Shown: positions 38,408 through 48,166, counted from the first letter of the stretch. The stretch is DNA of 64,000 nucleotides from Candidatus Omnitrophota bacterium (GCA_029560465.1 JAKQKX010000102.1:4601-68600); one strand, 5' to 3'. Notes: generated by a model from the letters alone, not told the origin. Program-made: numbers and translations.

Positions 38408-39766
38408 TTATTTTGCCGATTCATCTTTACGCAAATTCTTTTCCAAAAAATGCGTCGACACGTCACCGGACTGAAACAACGGATGATCGAGGATTTCGAT
38501 ATGCAAAGGGATCGTTGTTTTAATGGGGCTGACGTACATCTCTTCCAGGGCGCGGCGCATGATTTTAATCGCCTCCGGCCGCGTCGGGGCATGGGTGATC
38601 AACTTCGCGACCATCGAATCATAAAAAGGGCTGATGACATACCCAGGATAAATATGGGTGTCAACCCTGACCCCTAAGCCCCCCGGGAGATTCAACTCTT
38701 CGATCTTGCCCGGCGAAGGCATAAAATTATTATAGGGGTCTTCCGCGTTAATCCGACATTCAATGGCGGCCCCCTGAATCACAATCTGTTCCTGTTTATA
38801 TTTGAGTTTCTGCCCCGCGGCCACGGCTATTTGTTCCTTGATGAGATCTATGCCGGTGACCATCTCCGTGACCGGATGTTCAACCTGAATGCGGGTGTTC
38901 ATTTCCATGAAATAAAATTCCCCCTGGCCGTCGAGCAGAAACTCAATGGTCCCCACCCCGACATAATTCACCGACTTGGCCGCCTTCACCGCGACATCGC
39001 CCATCTTTTTCCTGATCTTTTCATTCAAAGCCGAGGAGGGGGACTCCTCCAGGAGCTTCTGGTGCCGGCGCTGAATGCTGCAATCCCGTTCCCCCAAATG
39101 CACGATGTTCCCGTGCATATCCGCGAGGATCTGAAACTCGATATGCCGGGGATCGGAGATGTACTTTTCAATATACACAGCCGGGTTCCCGAAATTCGCT
39201 TCCGCCTCTTTCTGGGCCATCGCGAACGACCCCGTCAGCGTCACGTCATTGTGGCAAACCCGCATCCCTTTGCCGCCGCCACCGGCCGCCGCCTTGATGA
39301 TGACCGGATATTTAATCTTCTTGGCCACATCCAGGGCCTCTTCCTGGCTCTGGACAATCCCTTTCCCTCCGGGGATCAGGGGCACGCCAATCTTGCGCAT
39401 GGTTTCCCGCGCCTGGACCTTATCCCCCATCAGCCGGATGGTTTCCGGAGTCGGGCCGATAAACTTAATGTTGCAGGACTCGCAGATTTCCGCGAAATGC
39501 GCGTTCTCCGCCAGAAATCCGTACCCGGGATGAATGGCTTCAACATCGGCGATCTCCGCGGCGGCGATAATCGACGGGATGTTTAGATAACTGTCCGCGC
39601 TTTTGGCCGGCCCGATACACACCGCCTCATCCGCGAAACGGACATGAAGGGAGCGACGGTCCGCCTCAGAATAAACCGCGACCGTCGGGATCGAAAGCTC
39701 CCGGCAGGCCCGGATAACACGCAACGCAATTTCACCGCGGTTTGCAATTAAAATTTTTGAAAACAT
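38408..39766 (-). CDS. accC: Biotin carboxylase
   Basis: [38 protein letters not shown] and YDSM. Confidence 0.98.
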   Translation of the reverse strand: MFSKILIANRGEIALRVIRACRELSIPTVAVYSEADRRSLHVRFADEAVCIGPAKSADSYLNIPSIIAAAEIADVEAIHPGYGFLAENAHFAEICESCNIKFIGPTPETIRLMGDKVQARETMRKIGVPLIPGGKGIVQSQEEALDVAKKIKYPVIIKAAAGGGGKGMRVCHNDVTLTGSFAMAQKEAEANFGNPAVYIEKYISDPRHIEFQILADMHGNIVHLGERDCSIQRRHQKLLEESPSSALNEKIRKKMGDVAVKAAKSVNYVGVGTIEFLLDGQGEFYFMEMNTRIQVEHPVTEMVTGIDLIKEQIAVAAGQKLKYKQEQIVIQGAAIECRINAEDPYNNFMPSPGKIEELNLPGGLGVRVDTHIYPGYVISPFYDSMVAKLITHAPTRPEAIKIMRRALEEMYVSPIKTTIPLHIEILDHPLFQSGDVSTHFLEKNLRKDESAK

Positions 39767-39787
39767 GAATCACCTTAAGCCTTTGTC

Positions 39788-40240
39788 TTATACGGATTCT
39801 ATCTCGAATAACGTCTGCCCGAATTCAACCGGTTCCGCATTATCCACGGCAATTTTCACGATTTTCCCCCGGACCTCCGATTTAATCTCATTCATCAGCT
39901 TCATCGCCTCAACAATACACACAACCTGCCCGATTTCAACCGTCTGCCCCTGCTCTACGAACGGGGGAGACTCAGGCGCCGGCGCCCGGTAAAAAGTCCC
40001 CACCATGGGTGAAGAGATGAGCTTAAAGTTGTTCTGAGCTTTGGCGGCGGGGGCCGCCCCTTCCGCTGCGGCCGGCGCAACCGGCATCCGGTATTCGACC
40101 GCCGGGCGGATCACGGTTTCCCCTGTATCAACGGCGGCTTTCTTGATCTTCAGCTTCTCCCCTTCCCGCTCCACCTCGATTTCCATCAACTCGTTTTCAT
40201 TCATCAATTCCACGATCGCTTTAATATCTTTAAGATTCAT
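39788..40240 (-). CDS. accB: Biotin carboxyl carrier protein
   Basis: SPMVGTFY and EAMKLMNEI. Confidence 0.97.
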   Translation of the reverse strand: MNLKDIKAIVELMNENELMEIEVEREGEKLKIKKAAVDTGETVIRPAVEYRMPVAPAAAEGAAPAAKAQNNFKLISSPMVGTFYRAPAPESPPFVEQGQTVEIGQVVCIVEAMKLMNEIKSEVRGKIVKIAVDNAEPVEFGQTLFEIESV

Positions 40241-40802
40241 TTTTCACCCTTTCGACATAGACTCCGGTTCGGGTATCAATCTTCACCCAGTCGTCAACAT
40301 TTATAAAAAGGGGGACTTGCACAACAGTCCCCGTCTCAATTTTGGCGGGTTTAGTCCCCGACCTAGATGAATCCCCCTTGATTCCCGGTTCAGTTTCAGT
40401 AATCTTCGCGATAACGAAATTCGGCAGATTGATTTTTACGATTTTATCATTATAACTCAATCCTGCCACAATGAGGCTTTCCAATAAGAATTTTTCTGCC
40501 TCACCGACCTCTTCATCTGTCATGCTGACCTGCTCGTAGGTGGTGTGGTCCATGAAACAAAAATGGTCGCCACTGTGATAAAGGTACTCCAGTTCTTTCT
40601 CTTCCAAAGTAATGTCTTCCAACTTGTCCGCCGTTTTATACGTCCGCTCGATAACGTTGCCGGTTTTCAAATTCCGCATCTTAACGCGGACAAAGGCGCT
40701 CCCTTTTCCAGGCTTGACGTGATGCAATTCATTAACCATACAAATATCATTGTCAACAAGCAATCCCATCCCTATATTGAGCTGATTAATGGTGACCGTC
40801 AT
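40230..40802 (-). CDS. efp: Elongation factor P
   Basis: HVKPGKGSAFVR, VPLFI and DTRTG.YVER. Confidence 0.97.
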   Translation of the reverse strand: MTVTINQLNIGMGLLVDNDICMVNELHHVKPGKGSAFVRVKMRNLKTGNVIERTYKTADKLEDITLEEKELEYLYHSGDHFCFMDHTTYEQVSMTDEEVGEAEKFLLESLIVAGLSYNDKIVKINLPNFVIAKITETEPGIKGDSSRSGTKPAKIETGTVVQVPLFINVDDWVKIDTRTGVYVERVKNES

Positions 40803-40859
40803 ATCCCCTCCGATTTCAGATTAAACGCGTGAATGAGTCTGTAATATTAATACACATGC

Positions 40860-41900
40860 TTATTTACTTAAAATTTCGCATCCTGTGTCCGTGACAAGAA
40901 CCATGTCCTCGATCCGCACCCCGAACCGGCCTTGCAGATAAACTCCCGGCTCAACCGTAACCACCATCCCTGGTTTGAGGATATCCTGGCTCACAGCGGA
41001 CAGCTGGGGAGACTCGTGAATTTCAAGCCCCACCCCGTGCCCTAAAGAATGGCAAAAATATTTATCTAAATTTTTATTCTCTAAATATTTACGAGCTTCC
41101 CTGTCAACTACGGCTGCCGGCACTGCCGGACGGATTTTAGCTATCGCGGCCTGCTGGGATTCAGCCACAGCGTCGTAAACCTTTCTCGCAAGAGGAGTTA
41201 TTTTACCTAAAAAGAACATCCGTGTCAAGTCAGACTTGTAGCCATCCTGCTGAATTCCAGTATCAACCAGCAAGACATCATTGCCTAACAGGCGCCGCTC
41301 GGTAACCCGCGCATGAGGATAAGCCGAATGCGGGCCAGAGGCCACGATGGGAGGGAAGGAAAACGACACTTTCTTTAATTTCACAAAACGCTCCATGCGC
41401 GCCAAAATTTCATATTCAGAAATCCCAGGGGCCAAAGTCCGCCCCACCACCCGAAACAGCTGTTTGTTGAGAACCAGACAGGCCCGGATTGCGGCAACCT
41501 CTTCAGCGTCCTTCTGTTCGCGCATCACATCCACCGCCCGATTCTTCGCCACCAGCGAAACCCCCGGATCCATACCCGCGGCCAACTGTTTAAACACAAA
41601 ATGACTGATATGCCTTTCATCAAAACCGACCCGTTTAAGCCGGCGCCGCTGGATCAACCGACAGGCATCTTTCACAAGGGCGCGGCAAAGGACCATCTGA
41701 ACGCCGTGAAGTTTAGCCCCCATTTCGTCATAATAGCGGGCATCCGTCAGGAAATACGCGCGGCGGGACGTCACAAGAAGCCACGAATCCTCGCACAGAA
41801 CCCCGGTGAGATAAGAAACCTGAGCATGATGAGTGACAAGATAAGCATCAATATGATACGAATCCAGGCAGGATTGAAAAGAAGAAACACGCGAGCGCAC
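40860..41900 (-). CDS. Xaa-Pro peptidase (M24B)
   Basis: TDARY, SAYPH, SDLTR, HSLGHGVGLEIHE, TVEPGVY and GVRIED. Confidence 0.93.
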   Translation of the reverse strand: MRSRVSSFQSCLDSYHIDAYLVTHHAQVSYLTGVLCEDSWLLVTSRRAYFLTDARYYDEMGAKLHGVQMVLCRALVKDACRLIQRRRLKRVGFDERHISHFVFKQLAAGMDPGVSLVAKNRAVDVMREQKDAEEVAAIRACLVLNKQLFRVVGRTLAPGISEYEILARMERFVKLKKVSFSFPPIVASGPHSAYPHARVTERRLLGNDVLLVDTGIQQDGYKSDLTRMFFLGKITPLARKVYDAVAESQQAAIAKIRPAVPAAVVDREARKYLENKNLDKYFCHSLGHGVGLEIHESPQLSAVSQDILKPGMVVTVEPGVYLQGRFGVRIEDMVLVTDTGCEILSK

Positions 41901-41935
41901 GAATCGTTCCTAAAGCATTATAGTGAAGGTTAAAT

Positions 41936-42376
41936 TTATTTTGAGAGCAAAAGGACAATGGCCTCAAGCCCAAGCACGTAACTGTTTACTCCAAACCCGG
42001 AAATCTGACCGTAACTGACCGGGGCGATCACCGATTTATGGCGGAACTCTTCCCGGGCATAAATGTTCGACAAATGGACTTCCACCACCGGAATATCAAC
42101 AGCCGCGACAGCATCGCGGATTGCGACGCTGGTATGGGTATAAGCCGCGGGGTTCATAAGGATGGCCTCGACACCCTGGGTTTTGGCCCGTCCGATCGCG
42201 TCCACAATATCCCCCTCATGATTTGATTGCAAAAAATCAAGCGCGACCCCCAACCCCCGGGCTTTGGCTTCTAACAGCGCGTTGATATCCCCCAACGTTT
42301 CCGCGCCGTAAATATGCGGCTCTCTCTGGCCCAGAAGATTAAGATTCGGGCCGTGCACGACCAAAATTTTTTTCAA
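41936..42376 (-). CDS. aroQ: Type II 3-dehydroquinate dehydratase
   Basis: [20 protein letters not shown] and EVHLSN..RE.FR..S. Confidence 0.97.
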   Translation of the reverse strand: MKKILVVHGPNLNLLGQREPHIYGAETLGDINALLEAKARGLGVALDFLQSNHEGDIVDAIGRAKTQGVEAILMNPAAYTHTSVAIRDAVAAVDIPVVEVHLSNIYAREEFRHKSVIAPVSYGQISGFGVNSYVLGLEAIVLLLSK

Positions 42377-42417
42377 GACACCCTCCTGTCCTTCATGGTC
42401 AGCCCCCGCGGACGACC

Positions 42418-42594
42418 TTATTGTTCAGACTCCTCTTCCAGCATGACCGGAATCCCTTCCCGGATAGGATACTTTCGCCCGCACTGCACGCAGACCAACT
42501 TCTCGGCTTTCAGACAGACATCCGCTTTGCAGACCGGGCACGCTAAAATAGCCAGTAAATCTTTGTCAACCAGGATATGGTCAGATCCTCCCAC
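42418..42594 (-). CDS. Trm112/UPF0434 family protein
   Basis: [11 protein letters not shown]...C..C...[11 protein letters not shown]; start codon uncertain. Confidence 0.9.
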   Translation of the reverse strand: MGGSDHILVDKDLLAILACPVCKADVCLKAEKLVCVQCGRKYPIREGIPVMLEEESEQ

Positions 42595-42595
42595 G

Positions 42596-43027
42596 TTAAA
42601 CCGCACCTTTCTCCCGCCGAACGCATTCAACGTATTTCATTTCCAGTTCATAAATACTCGAATCCAGGAGGTGATGTTCCTGCGAGCTAAGGTTCCCTCT
42701 TGTTTTTTCCCGCAGGAGGATCAGGGTGTCAATGAGGAATTTCGCCTGCACAGGGTTCGGGTCGTACTGATTATCATTCATAGGGTTTGGAACTTCTCCC
42801 AAAAAAATCATCGCCTGGAAAATAAGGCTGGTGATATAGTTGATAAAATTCAGTTCAACGTCACCTTCGTCCACCGGCGCGTCCTTTTCCTGCTCCGGCT
42901 CCTGGGACAAGGCAGACCCCTCCTCAGGGCTTTGCTGGGGAGCGGGCTGGCTTCCCTTCACGGTTTCTTTTTCCTGAGTCACGCTCGCTTTCCAGTCTTC
43001 ATCAACATATTTTTCTTTATCCGGCAT
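42596..43027 (-). CDS. DUF1844 family protein
   Basis: VDEDWK N-terminus; F..ITSL..QAMIFLG..PNP and AK..ID.L..L.EKTRGNL. Confidence 0.85.
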   Translation of the reverse strand: MPDKEKYVDEDWKASVTQEKETVKGSQPAPQQSPEEGSALSQEPEQEKDAPVDEGDVELNFINYITSLIFQAMIFLGEVPNPMNDNQYDPNPVQAKFLIDTLILLREKTRGNLSSQEHHLLDSSIYELEMKYVECVRREKGAV

Positions 43028-43073
43028 CAGACAGGCCTCCCCTTAAAAAGTGTTAAATAACATTTATAAATTT

Positions 43074-43102
43074 AAAATAGCAAACCCCTCCCCGCTTGTC
43101 AA
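43074..43102 (-). promoter_or_regulatory. Sigma70 promoter upstream of DUF1844-trm112-aroQ
   Basis: TTGACA-17 bp-TATTTT with an extended TG. Confidence 0.65.
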
Positions 43103-43186
43103 CTTATGCCTCAGCCGCCCACGCTCCCGGGATAACGCGCAAGGCCCCCTTAAGGGTGTTCTCCCAAACCCCGCCGGAAAAGCAGT

Positions 43187-43966
43187 TCAGTCCATCACAA
43201 ACGATATGGAGACATTAAAAGACAGCTCCGGGTATTTCAGCTCAAAAGGAAAAGGCGGGAAAGGGCTGGATTCCTTAATGCTGCGCAAACTCACCCGGCG
43301 GAGGAATTCACTGGCGCGCGTCTTCTGGTCAATGATCCTGATGTCTTTCAGTTGGCCGTCCGCCCCCAAGATAAAAGTCAGGTAAACTTCGCCGGTTTGA
43401 AAACGGGGGTCGTCTTTAAAAATATTGGCCTGGCTCTTAATCTTGTTCCGGATATGCTGCTGATAATTCATATAATTAGGATTGCTAATTTTCTCAGAGC
43501 TTAAAATAGGCACGAGGATCTGACGTTTGCTGCCCAGATCGGAAATGTGGGCGGGGAATTTCTTTTGTTTTGAAAGCTGCACCGGGGCCTTGATATTCTC
43601 AGGAGTTTTCATGGGGACGCTGGCCAGATCCTGAGTGGGCAAAATCTTGGGGTTGGGGACAAACGGGTCCTCTTTCAGAGGTTTGATTTCCTGTCGGGTT
43701 TCTTGAGACGGGACCAACTCTCTGATATCTTGCTGATAGACAATTTCCATGATCTTAGGCGTGTTTTTTACATAATACATGTGGCCATAAAACACACTGA
43801 TAAACACAAGGCTGTGCAACAGCGCAGACGTCATCATGGAGAATCGGAATATTCTGTTTTCCGGAATCATGGGCATTGCAGAAAAAAGGGTATCCGGCCA
43901 AAGCGGAAACGTTTTTCTCATGAAAAAACGTCCCCGCCCATTTTTTATAACAATCCAATTTATCAT
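43187..43966 (-). CDS. TonB/TolA C-terminal domain protein
   Basis: TM SALLH motif; C-terminal Y...IRNKI, GEV.L.F.L..DG and SPFPPFP; the start is probably later than the listed one. Confidence 0.8.
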   Translation of the reverse strand: MINWIVIKNGRGRFFMRKTFPLWPDTLFSAMPMIPENRIFRFSMMTSALLHSLVFISVFYGHMYYVKNTPKIMEIVYQQDIRELVPSQETRQEIKPLKEDPFVPNPKILPTQDLASVPMKTPENIKAPVQLSKQKKFPAHISDLGSKRQILVPILSSEKISNPNYMNYQQHIRNKIKSQANIFKDDPRFQTGEVYLTFILGADGQLKDIRIIDQKTRASEFLRRVSLRSIKESSPFPPFPFELKYPELSFNVSISFVMD

Positions 43967-44028
43967 ACGTCATCCCCGGGGGTTCGGCAACGACTTTATG
44001 CGAAAAACCCGCCCCCCAAAAAGCTCAC

Positions 44029-44706
44029 TTAACGGCGCGAACGCAGTCCTTCCCTGATTAAATAGGCGAAAAACCGCCATGTGTCTTTCAGCGGGTTAAT
44101 CTTACTCTTCTCGTCGCTGTAGATCGTCTTGATCGGCACAGAATGAATCCTGTACCCCAATCTAGCGGCCTGGATCAGGACTTCGGTTTCAATCTCAAAA
44201 TCCCTGGACGTCAGGTGCATCCGCTCAAGAACCGGCCGGCCAATATAGCGGTAGCCGCACTGCGTGTCCGGGACCCGCTGGCGGCAAAGCCATGAAATAA
44301 TAACGGACATGGACCAGTTGGTCCAGAAGCGGACCAGGGGCATGCCCTCGTGCCCCTTCATGCGATTCCCTGTCACCACCGAATCCGGATAAGATTCAAC
44401 CATATTCAAAAACTGCTTTAAATCCGCCGGGTCATGCTGGCCATCCCCGTCCATGGTGATGACACCCGAATACGTCTGGCGCAAGGCATGCGCGAACCCT
44501 TCCTGCAAAGACAGCCCTTTCCCTTTCTTGGACGTGTTCGTCAACACAACCGCGCCCCGGGAAGACGCCTCTTTCTGCGAGCCATCCGTTGAGCCGTCAT
44601 TAACGACCACCACATCCAACCCTAAGGCTTTAACAGCCGTCACCAGCCGCCCGATCGTGGCCTCTTCATTATGAACCGGGATAATGACACAAACATTCAC
44701 TGTCAC
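44029..44706 (-). CDS. Glycosyltransferase family 2 (DPM-synthase-like)
   Basis: IIPVHNEE, VNDGSTD, MDGDGQH, DTQCGYR and FEIETE. Confidence 0.92.
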   Translation of the reverse strand: MTVNVCVIIPVHNEEATIGRLVTAVKALGLDVVVVNDGSTDGSQKEASSRGAVVLTNTSKKGKGLSLQEGFAHALRQTYSGVITMDGDGQHDPADLKQFLNMVESYPDSVVTGNRMKGHEGMPLVRFWTNWSMSVIISWLCRQRVPDTQCGYRYIGRPVLERMHLTSRDFEIETEVLIQAARLGYRIHSVPIKTIYSDEKSKINPLKDTWRFFAYLIREGLRSRR

Positions 44707-45611
44707 GAAGCCCCCGTGTTGATTTCCTGAATCACCTTATATGTTTCTTCGACGCTGTAGTCCCGAAACATCAACCATTGGTCCGGATACGCACGGATCA
44801 TCTGTTCTATGACCCGGAGATATTTTTTGATAAGGCTTTTCAGGACATTTTCATGGATCCGCCCATTCCCGCTCACGGCTCCCGGGTCAATAGGTTTATG
44901 CGCGATGATCCGGAACCGGCCTTCCCCGGCCCGGACCAGGAAGACCGGAACGATAGGCGCCCCGGTTTTCGCTGAAAAAATCGCCGGACCTTTTGGGAAC
45001 AGGGATTTCTTGCCGAGAAAGTCCAAAATAATTCCGTTAGGGCCAAACGAACGGTCAGCGACCACGGCGATAATTTTGTTCCTGTTCAGGATCGACAGAC
45101 ACCGGCGCGTGGCCGACTGGGGTGGCACGATAACCAGTCCCCGCGCTTCCCGTTGCTTATTAAAAAGGTCATTCACCGGCCGTTCCTTATGAGGAAGGGC
45201 GATGGCCACCGAGGGGTAACCCAACAGGCTGAGCAGCACCCCCCCCAGCTCCCAATTCCCGATATGGCCGGACAACAGGATCGCCCCCTTTCCCTTCTCA
45301 AGGGCTTCGTCGATATAATGCAGATTCTCCGTGACAACCCGTTCTTTAATAAACTGCTCATCTATCTCGTTGGCCATCCGGAAAAATTCCACAAGGTATC
45401 TCCCAAAATTACGGAAGACTTCCCGCACATTCCATTCCACGTCGCTCTTTTCAGGCAAAATGATACGGAGATTCTCGCGCACCGCCCGGCGGTCCCGGAA
45501 AGAGAAAAAATAATGCAGGTCCGACACGAAAATGGCGAACCGATAAGACATTTTAAGCGGGAGGCGGTTAACGAGGAACTGCCCAAATTTGTAAATTATA
45601 AATTTAAACAT
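44703..45611 (-). CDS. LpxL/PatA-like lipid acyltransferase
   Basis: GKGAILLSGHIGNWE (Hx4E), VADR, and P.QW.MF near the C-terminus. Confidence 0.9.
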   Translation of the reverse strand: MFKFIIYKFGQFLVNRLPLKMSYRFAIFVSDLHYFFSFRDRRAVRENLRIILPEKSDVEWNVREVFRNFGRYLVEFFRMANEIDEQFIKERVVTENLHYIDEALEKGKGAILLSGHIGNWELGGVLLSLLGYPSVAIALPHKERPVNDLFNKQREARGLVIVPPQSATRRCLSILNRNKIIAVVADRSFGPNGIILDFLGKKSLFPKGPAIFSAKTGAPIVPVFLVRAGEGRFRIIAHKPIDPGAVSGNGRIHENVLKSLIKKYLRVIEQMIRAYPDQWLMFRDYSVEETYKVIQEINTGAS

Positions 45612-45669
45612 AAGCCTTAATGCTAGATAAACTCAAACCTGCGGCCGCGCCCCCCTTTTTTTAACCTTC

Positions 45670-46830
45670 TCACAGGATACTGGGCTTGTCCACATCTAAA
45701 ATAAGCTTAGCGATATCCAGCGCGGCATGCGGCTTCCCGCTCGCGTACGCAGCCTTGCTCATAGCCATCAATCGGTCCGGAGACTTCAGCAACAGCTCCA
45801 CCTCTTCGCCAATATCACTGGTTTTGTCGATCCGGATCCCTATCCCTTTTTTAAGGAGGAAATCCGTGTTCCTCATCTCCTGGCCCGGAAGCGGGTTGAC
45901 AATCACCATCGGCAGCCCTTTCGACAGAGCCTCGCTGGTCGTCATGCCCCCGGGTTTACTGATGATAAGGGTCGCCAGTTCCATCAATTCATCCACATTA
46001 TTCGCGAACTCATAGAACAGCAGCTTCTTGTCCCGTTTATCCGGCTGGCGGGTCAAGGCTTCCGATTCTTTTTTCAGCCATCTGACCAGCTTCTTGTTCA
46101 CCCCGGTCAAAACGATGAGCTGTATCGGCATCCGGACGTGCATCAAAGACCTTACCACAGATTTAATAGGCCCCAGTCCCTGCCCGCCGCCCATAATAAG
46201 CGCGACCGGGGTTCTCAAATCAACGCCAAGCCGCTCGGCAATAGGCCTCCTGTCGAGTTGAACGGCGAATTTGGGGCGGATCGGGATCCCATAAACCTTG
46301 ATCATGTCTTCCGGGACACCTTTTTTAATAAAACGTTCTTTGGCGTCCAGAGAAGGAACAATATAATAATCCACCCCGTTGTTCAGCCAGAAAGAATGCG
46401 GCGCGTAATCGGTCAGGACGGCGATCAGCCGGAAATTGAGCTTCTTCTCCTGTTTATAATCAGCCACCATCCCGCAAGGGAACGCCTGCGTGCACACCAC
46501 CGTGTCGGGATGGTGTTTTTCAAAAAGCCGCTCAATCTTTTTATGGCTGGTCCGATGCAGATATTTCTTAACCGGCGCGGATTTCTTAACGATGCTGGGA
46601 TTATCATACAAATAATCCCAGACCTTCGGAGTCCGCTTGATCACGCTCATATACGTACGGTGCACGACTTTATCTAATAAAGGATACGTGTATCCGAAGC
46701 CGTTCACCAGAGGGGCAATGACTGCGGGGTTCAAGTCTTTAAGCGCTTTTTGAATGGAAAGAGTGGCTTGACGGTGACCGGAAACCCGGGTGATATACAT
46801 CAACAGAACACGGCGTTTTTTATTATCCAT
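45670..46830 (-). CDS. MGDG synthase / UgtP-like diacylglycerol glycosyltransferase (GT28)
   Basis: SGH, VLTDY..H..W, GIPIR, MGGGQGLG, KPGGMTTSEA and PGQE..N. Confidence 0.92.
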   Translation of the reverse strand: MDNKKRRVLLMYITRVSGHRQATLSIQKALKDLNPAVIAPLVNGFGYTYPLLDKVVHRTYMSVIKRTPKVWDYLYDNPSIVKKSAPVKKYLHRTSHKKIERLFEKHHPDTVVCTQAFPCGMVADYKQEKKLNFRLIAVLTDYAPHSFWLNNGVDYYIVPSLDAKERFIKKGVPEDMIKVYGIPIRPKFAVQLDRRPIAERLGVDLRTPVALIMGGGQGLGPIKSVVRSLMHVRMPIQLIVLTGVNKKLVRWLKKESEALTRQPDKRDKKLLFYEFANNVDELMELATLIISKPGGMTTSEALSKGLPMVIVNPLPGQEMRNTDFLLKKGIGIRIDKTSDIGEEVELLLKSPDRLMAMSKAAYASGKPHAALDIAKLILDVDKPSIL

Positions 46831-46852
46831 GAGTCCCTTCATTCTCCCGCAA

Positions 46853-47089
46853 TTATTCAACAAGCTCTATCTGCGCCAGGGGCGCGCCAACAAGGACGCT
46901 CTCTCCGACCCGGGCGTAAACGTTCTTAACAACGCCCGCGCAGTCCGCCGGGATGATGAATGTCGCTTTGTCGGTTACCATTTCCACCAAGTCCGTATGC
47001 GGGCCGACCGCGTCCCCCACCTTGACATGCCAGAAAGCGACCTCCGCGCGGTCAATGCCTTCCCCGAGTTGTGGCAACACAATTTTCAT
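46853..47089 (-). CDS. Stand-alone lipoyl-carrier domain protein
   Basis: LPQLGEG, W.VKVGD and EMVTDKA (lipoyl Lys); 78 aa with no E2 catalytic domain. Confidence 0.9.
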   Translation of the reverse strand: MKIVLPQLGEGIDRAEVAFWHVKVGDAVGPHTDLVEMVTDKATFIIPADCAGVVKNVYARVGESVLVGAPLAQIELVE

Positions 47090-47125
47090 AAACCAATATC
47101 CTATAACGGGTCCTTCTTAAAAGAC

Positions 47126-47791
47126 CTAAGAAATCCGGTGCCCCCCTGCAGCAAAAATACGGAGGCAATGCCGCTGGCAAAGCCGTTTCACGTCCAGCAT
47201 GTCTACGGCGGCTCCTTGCACCTGTTGAACCGATGTCATGAGCACATCCAATCCACAGGGTTTAATTAAATTAAAAAGCGGGAGAGCGGTATTGATATTA
47301 ATGGCTAGGCCGTGAAAAGTCACCCACTGTTTCACCCCAACACCAATCGACACAATTTTTTTTGACTCAACCCAAACTCCGGTTCTGCCAGGGAGTCTAC
47401 AAGTCAATATATCAAAATCCTTCAATAAATCAATGGCAACTTGTTCTAATTTATCCAAATACCACCTTAAATCACGGCGATAATTCTTCAAATTCAGGAT
47501 AGGATACACCACAAGCTGACCCGGAGCGTGCAGCGTGACGTCCCCTCCGCGGTCAATCGCGACAACAGGAATCCCCCGTTGTTTCAGAGCATCGGCAGAG
47601 ATCAAGATATGGCGGCTCTCCGCCAGGCGCCCCAGAGTGATCACCGGCGGGTGTTCGCAGAGGAACAAGTATGGGCCATGCCCAGACAGGACACCCTGAA
47701 CAGCGGCTTTCTGGCGGGCATACGCTTCGTTATAATCAATGACATCCCAGTCTTCAACGGTCCATTGATTGTCCCTGTTCTTTTCCGTCAT
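47126..47791 (-). CDS. lipB: Octanoyltransferase
   Basis: EHPPVITLGR, RGGDVTLHAPGQ, KKIVSIG, HGLAIN and PCG. Confidence 0.95.
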   Translation of the reverse strand: MTEKNRDNQWTVEDWDVIDYNEAYARQKAAVQGVLSGHGPYLFLCEHPPVITLGRLAESRHILISADALKQRGIPVVAIDRGGDVTLHAPGQLVVYPILNLKNYRRDLRWYLDKLEQVAIDLLKDFDILTCRLPGRTGVWVESKKIVSIGVGVKQWVTFHGLAININTALPLFNLIKPCGLDVLMTSVQQVQGAAVDMLDVKRLCQRHCLRIFAAGGHRIS

Positions 47792-47840
47792 GATTCCGCA
47801 CAAGCCCCCTTCCCTCCGGGAAGCGCCCATTTAAAATCTA

Positions 47841-48121
47841 TCTGACTTATGTTCGCTGCCGCTCCATAAGTCACGTGCCTCTTTCTTAATACCCCTCCAG
47901 ATCTCGGGGTTAATTCGCACTTCTGGCTTATGTTCGCTGCCGCTCCATAAGTCAAGTGCCTCTTTCTTAATACCCCTCCAGATCTCGGGGTTAATTCGCA
48001 CTTCTGACTTATGTTCGCTGCCACTCCACAAGTCAAGTGCCTCTTTCTTAATACCCCTCCATATCTCGGGGTTAATTCGCACTTCTGGCTTATGTTCGCT
48101 GCCGCTCCATAAGTCAAGTGC
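47841..48121. repeat. Intergenic tandem repeat, 81-bp unit x ~3.5, two hairpins per unit
   Basis: Units start at 47841, 47922, 48003 and 48084; unit sequence TCTGRCTTATGTTCGCTGCCGCTCCATAAGTCAAGTGCCTCTTTCTTAATACCCCTCCAGATCTCGGGGTTAATTCGCACT, with few substitutions. Confidence 0.95.
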
Positions 48122-48125
48122 TCAT

Positions 48126-48166
48126 TAAAAAACAACCCCGAGCCAAAAAAATTTCTGGCCGGGGTT
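48126..48166 (-). terminator. Probable terminator after icd
   Basis: AACCCCG(A)GCCA / TGGCCGGGGTT stem, followed by GTTTTTT on the minus strand. Confidence 0.65.

Noticed and set aside
47841-48121. CRISPR array (38-bp palindromic repeat plus 43-bp spacer)
   Set aside because: The would-be spacers are essentially identical to each other, and there are no cas genes in the window.
47788-48135. 115-aa and 83-aa ORFs made of 27-aa repeats
   Set aside because: The frames are open simply because the unit is 81 bp. Two different frames are open, the starts are weak, and the DNA hairpins explain the sequence better.
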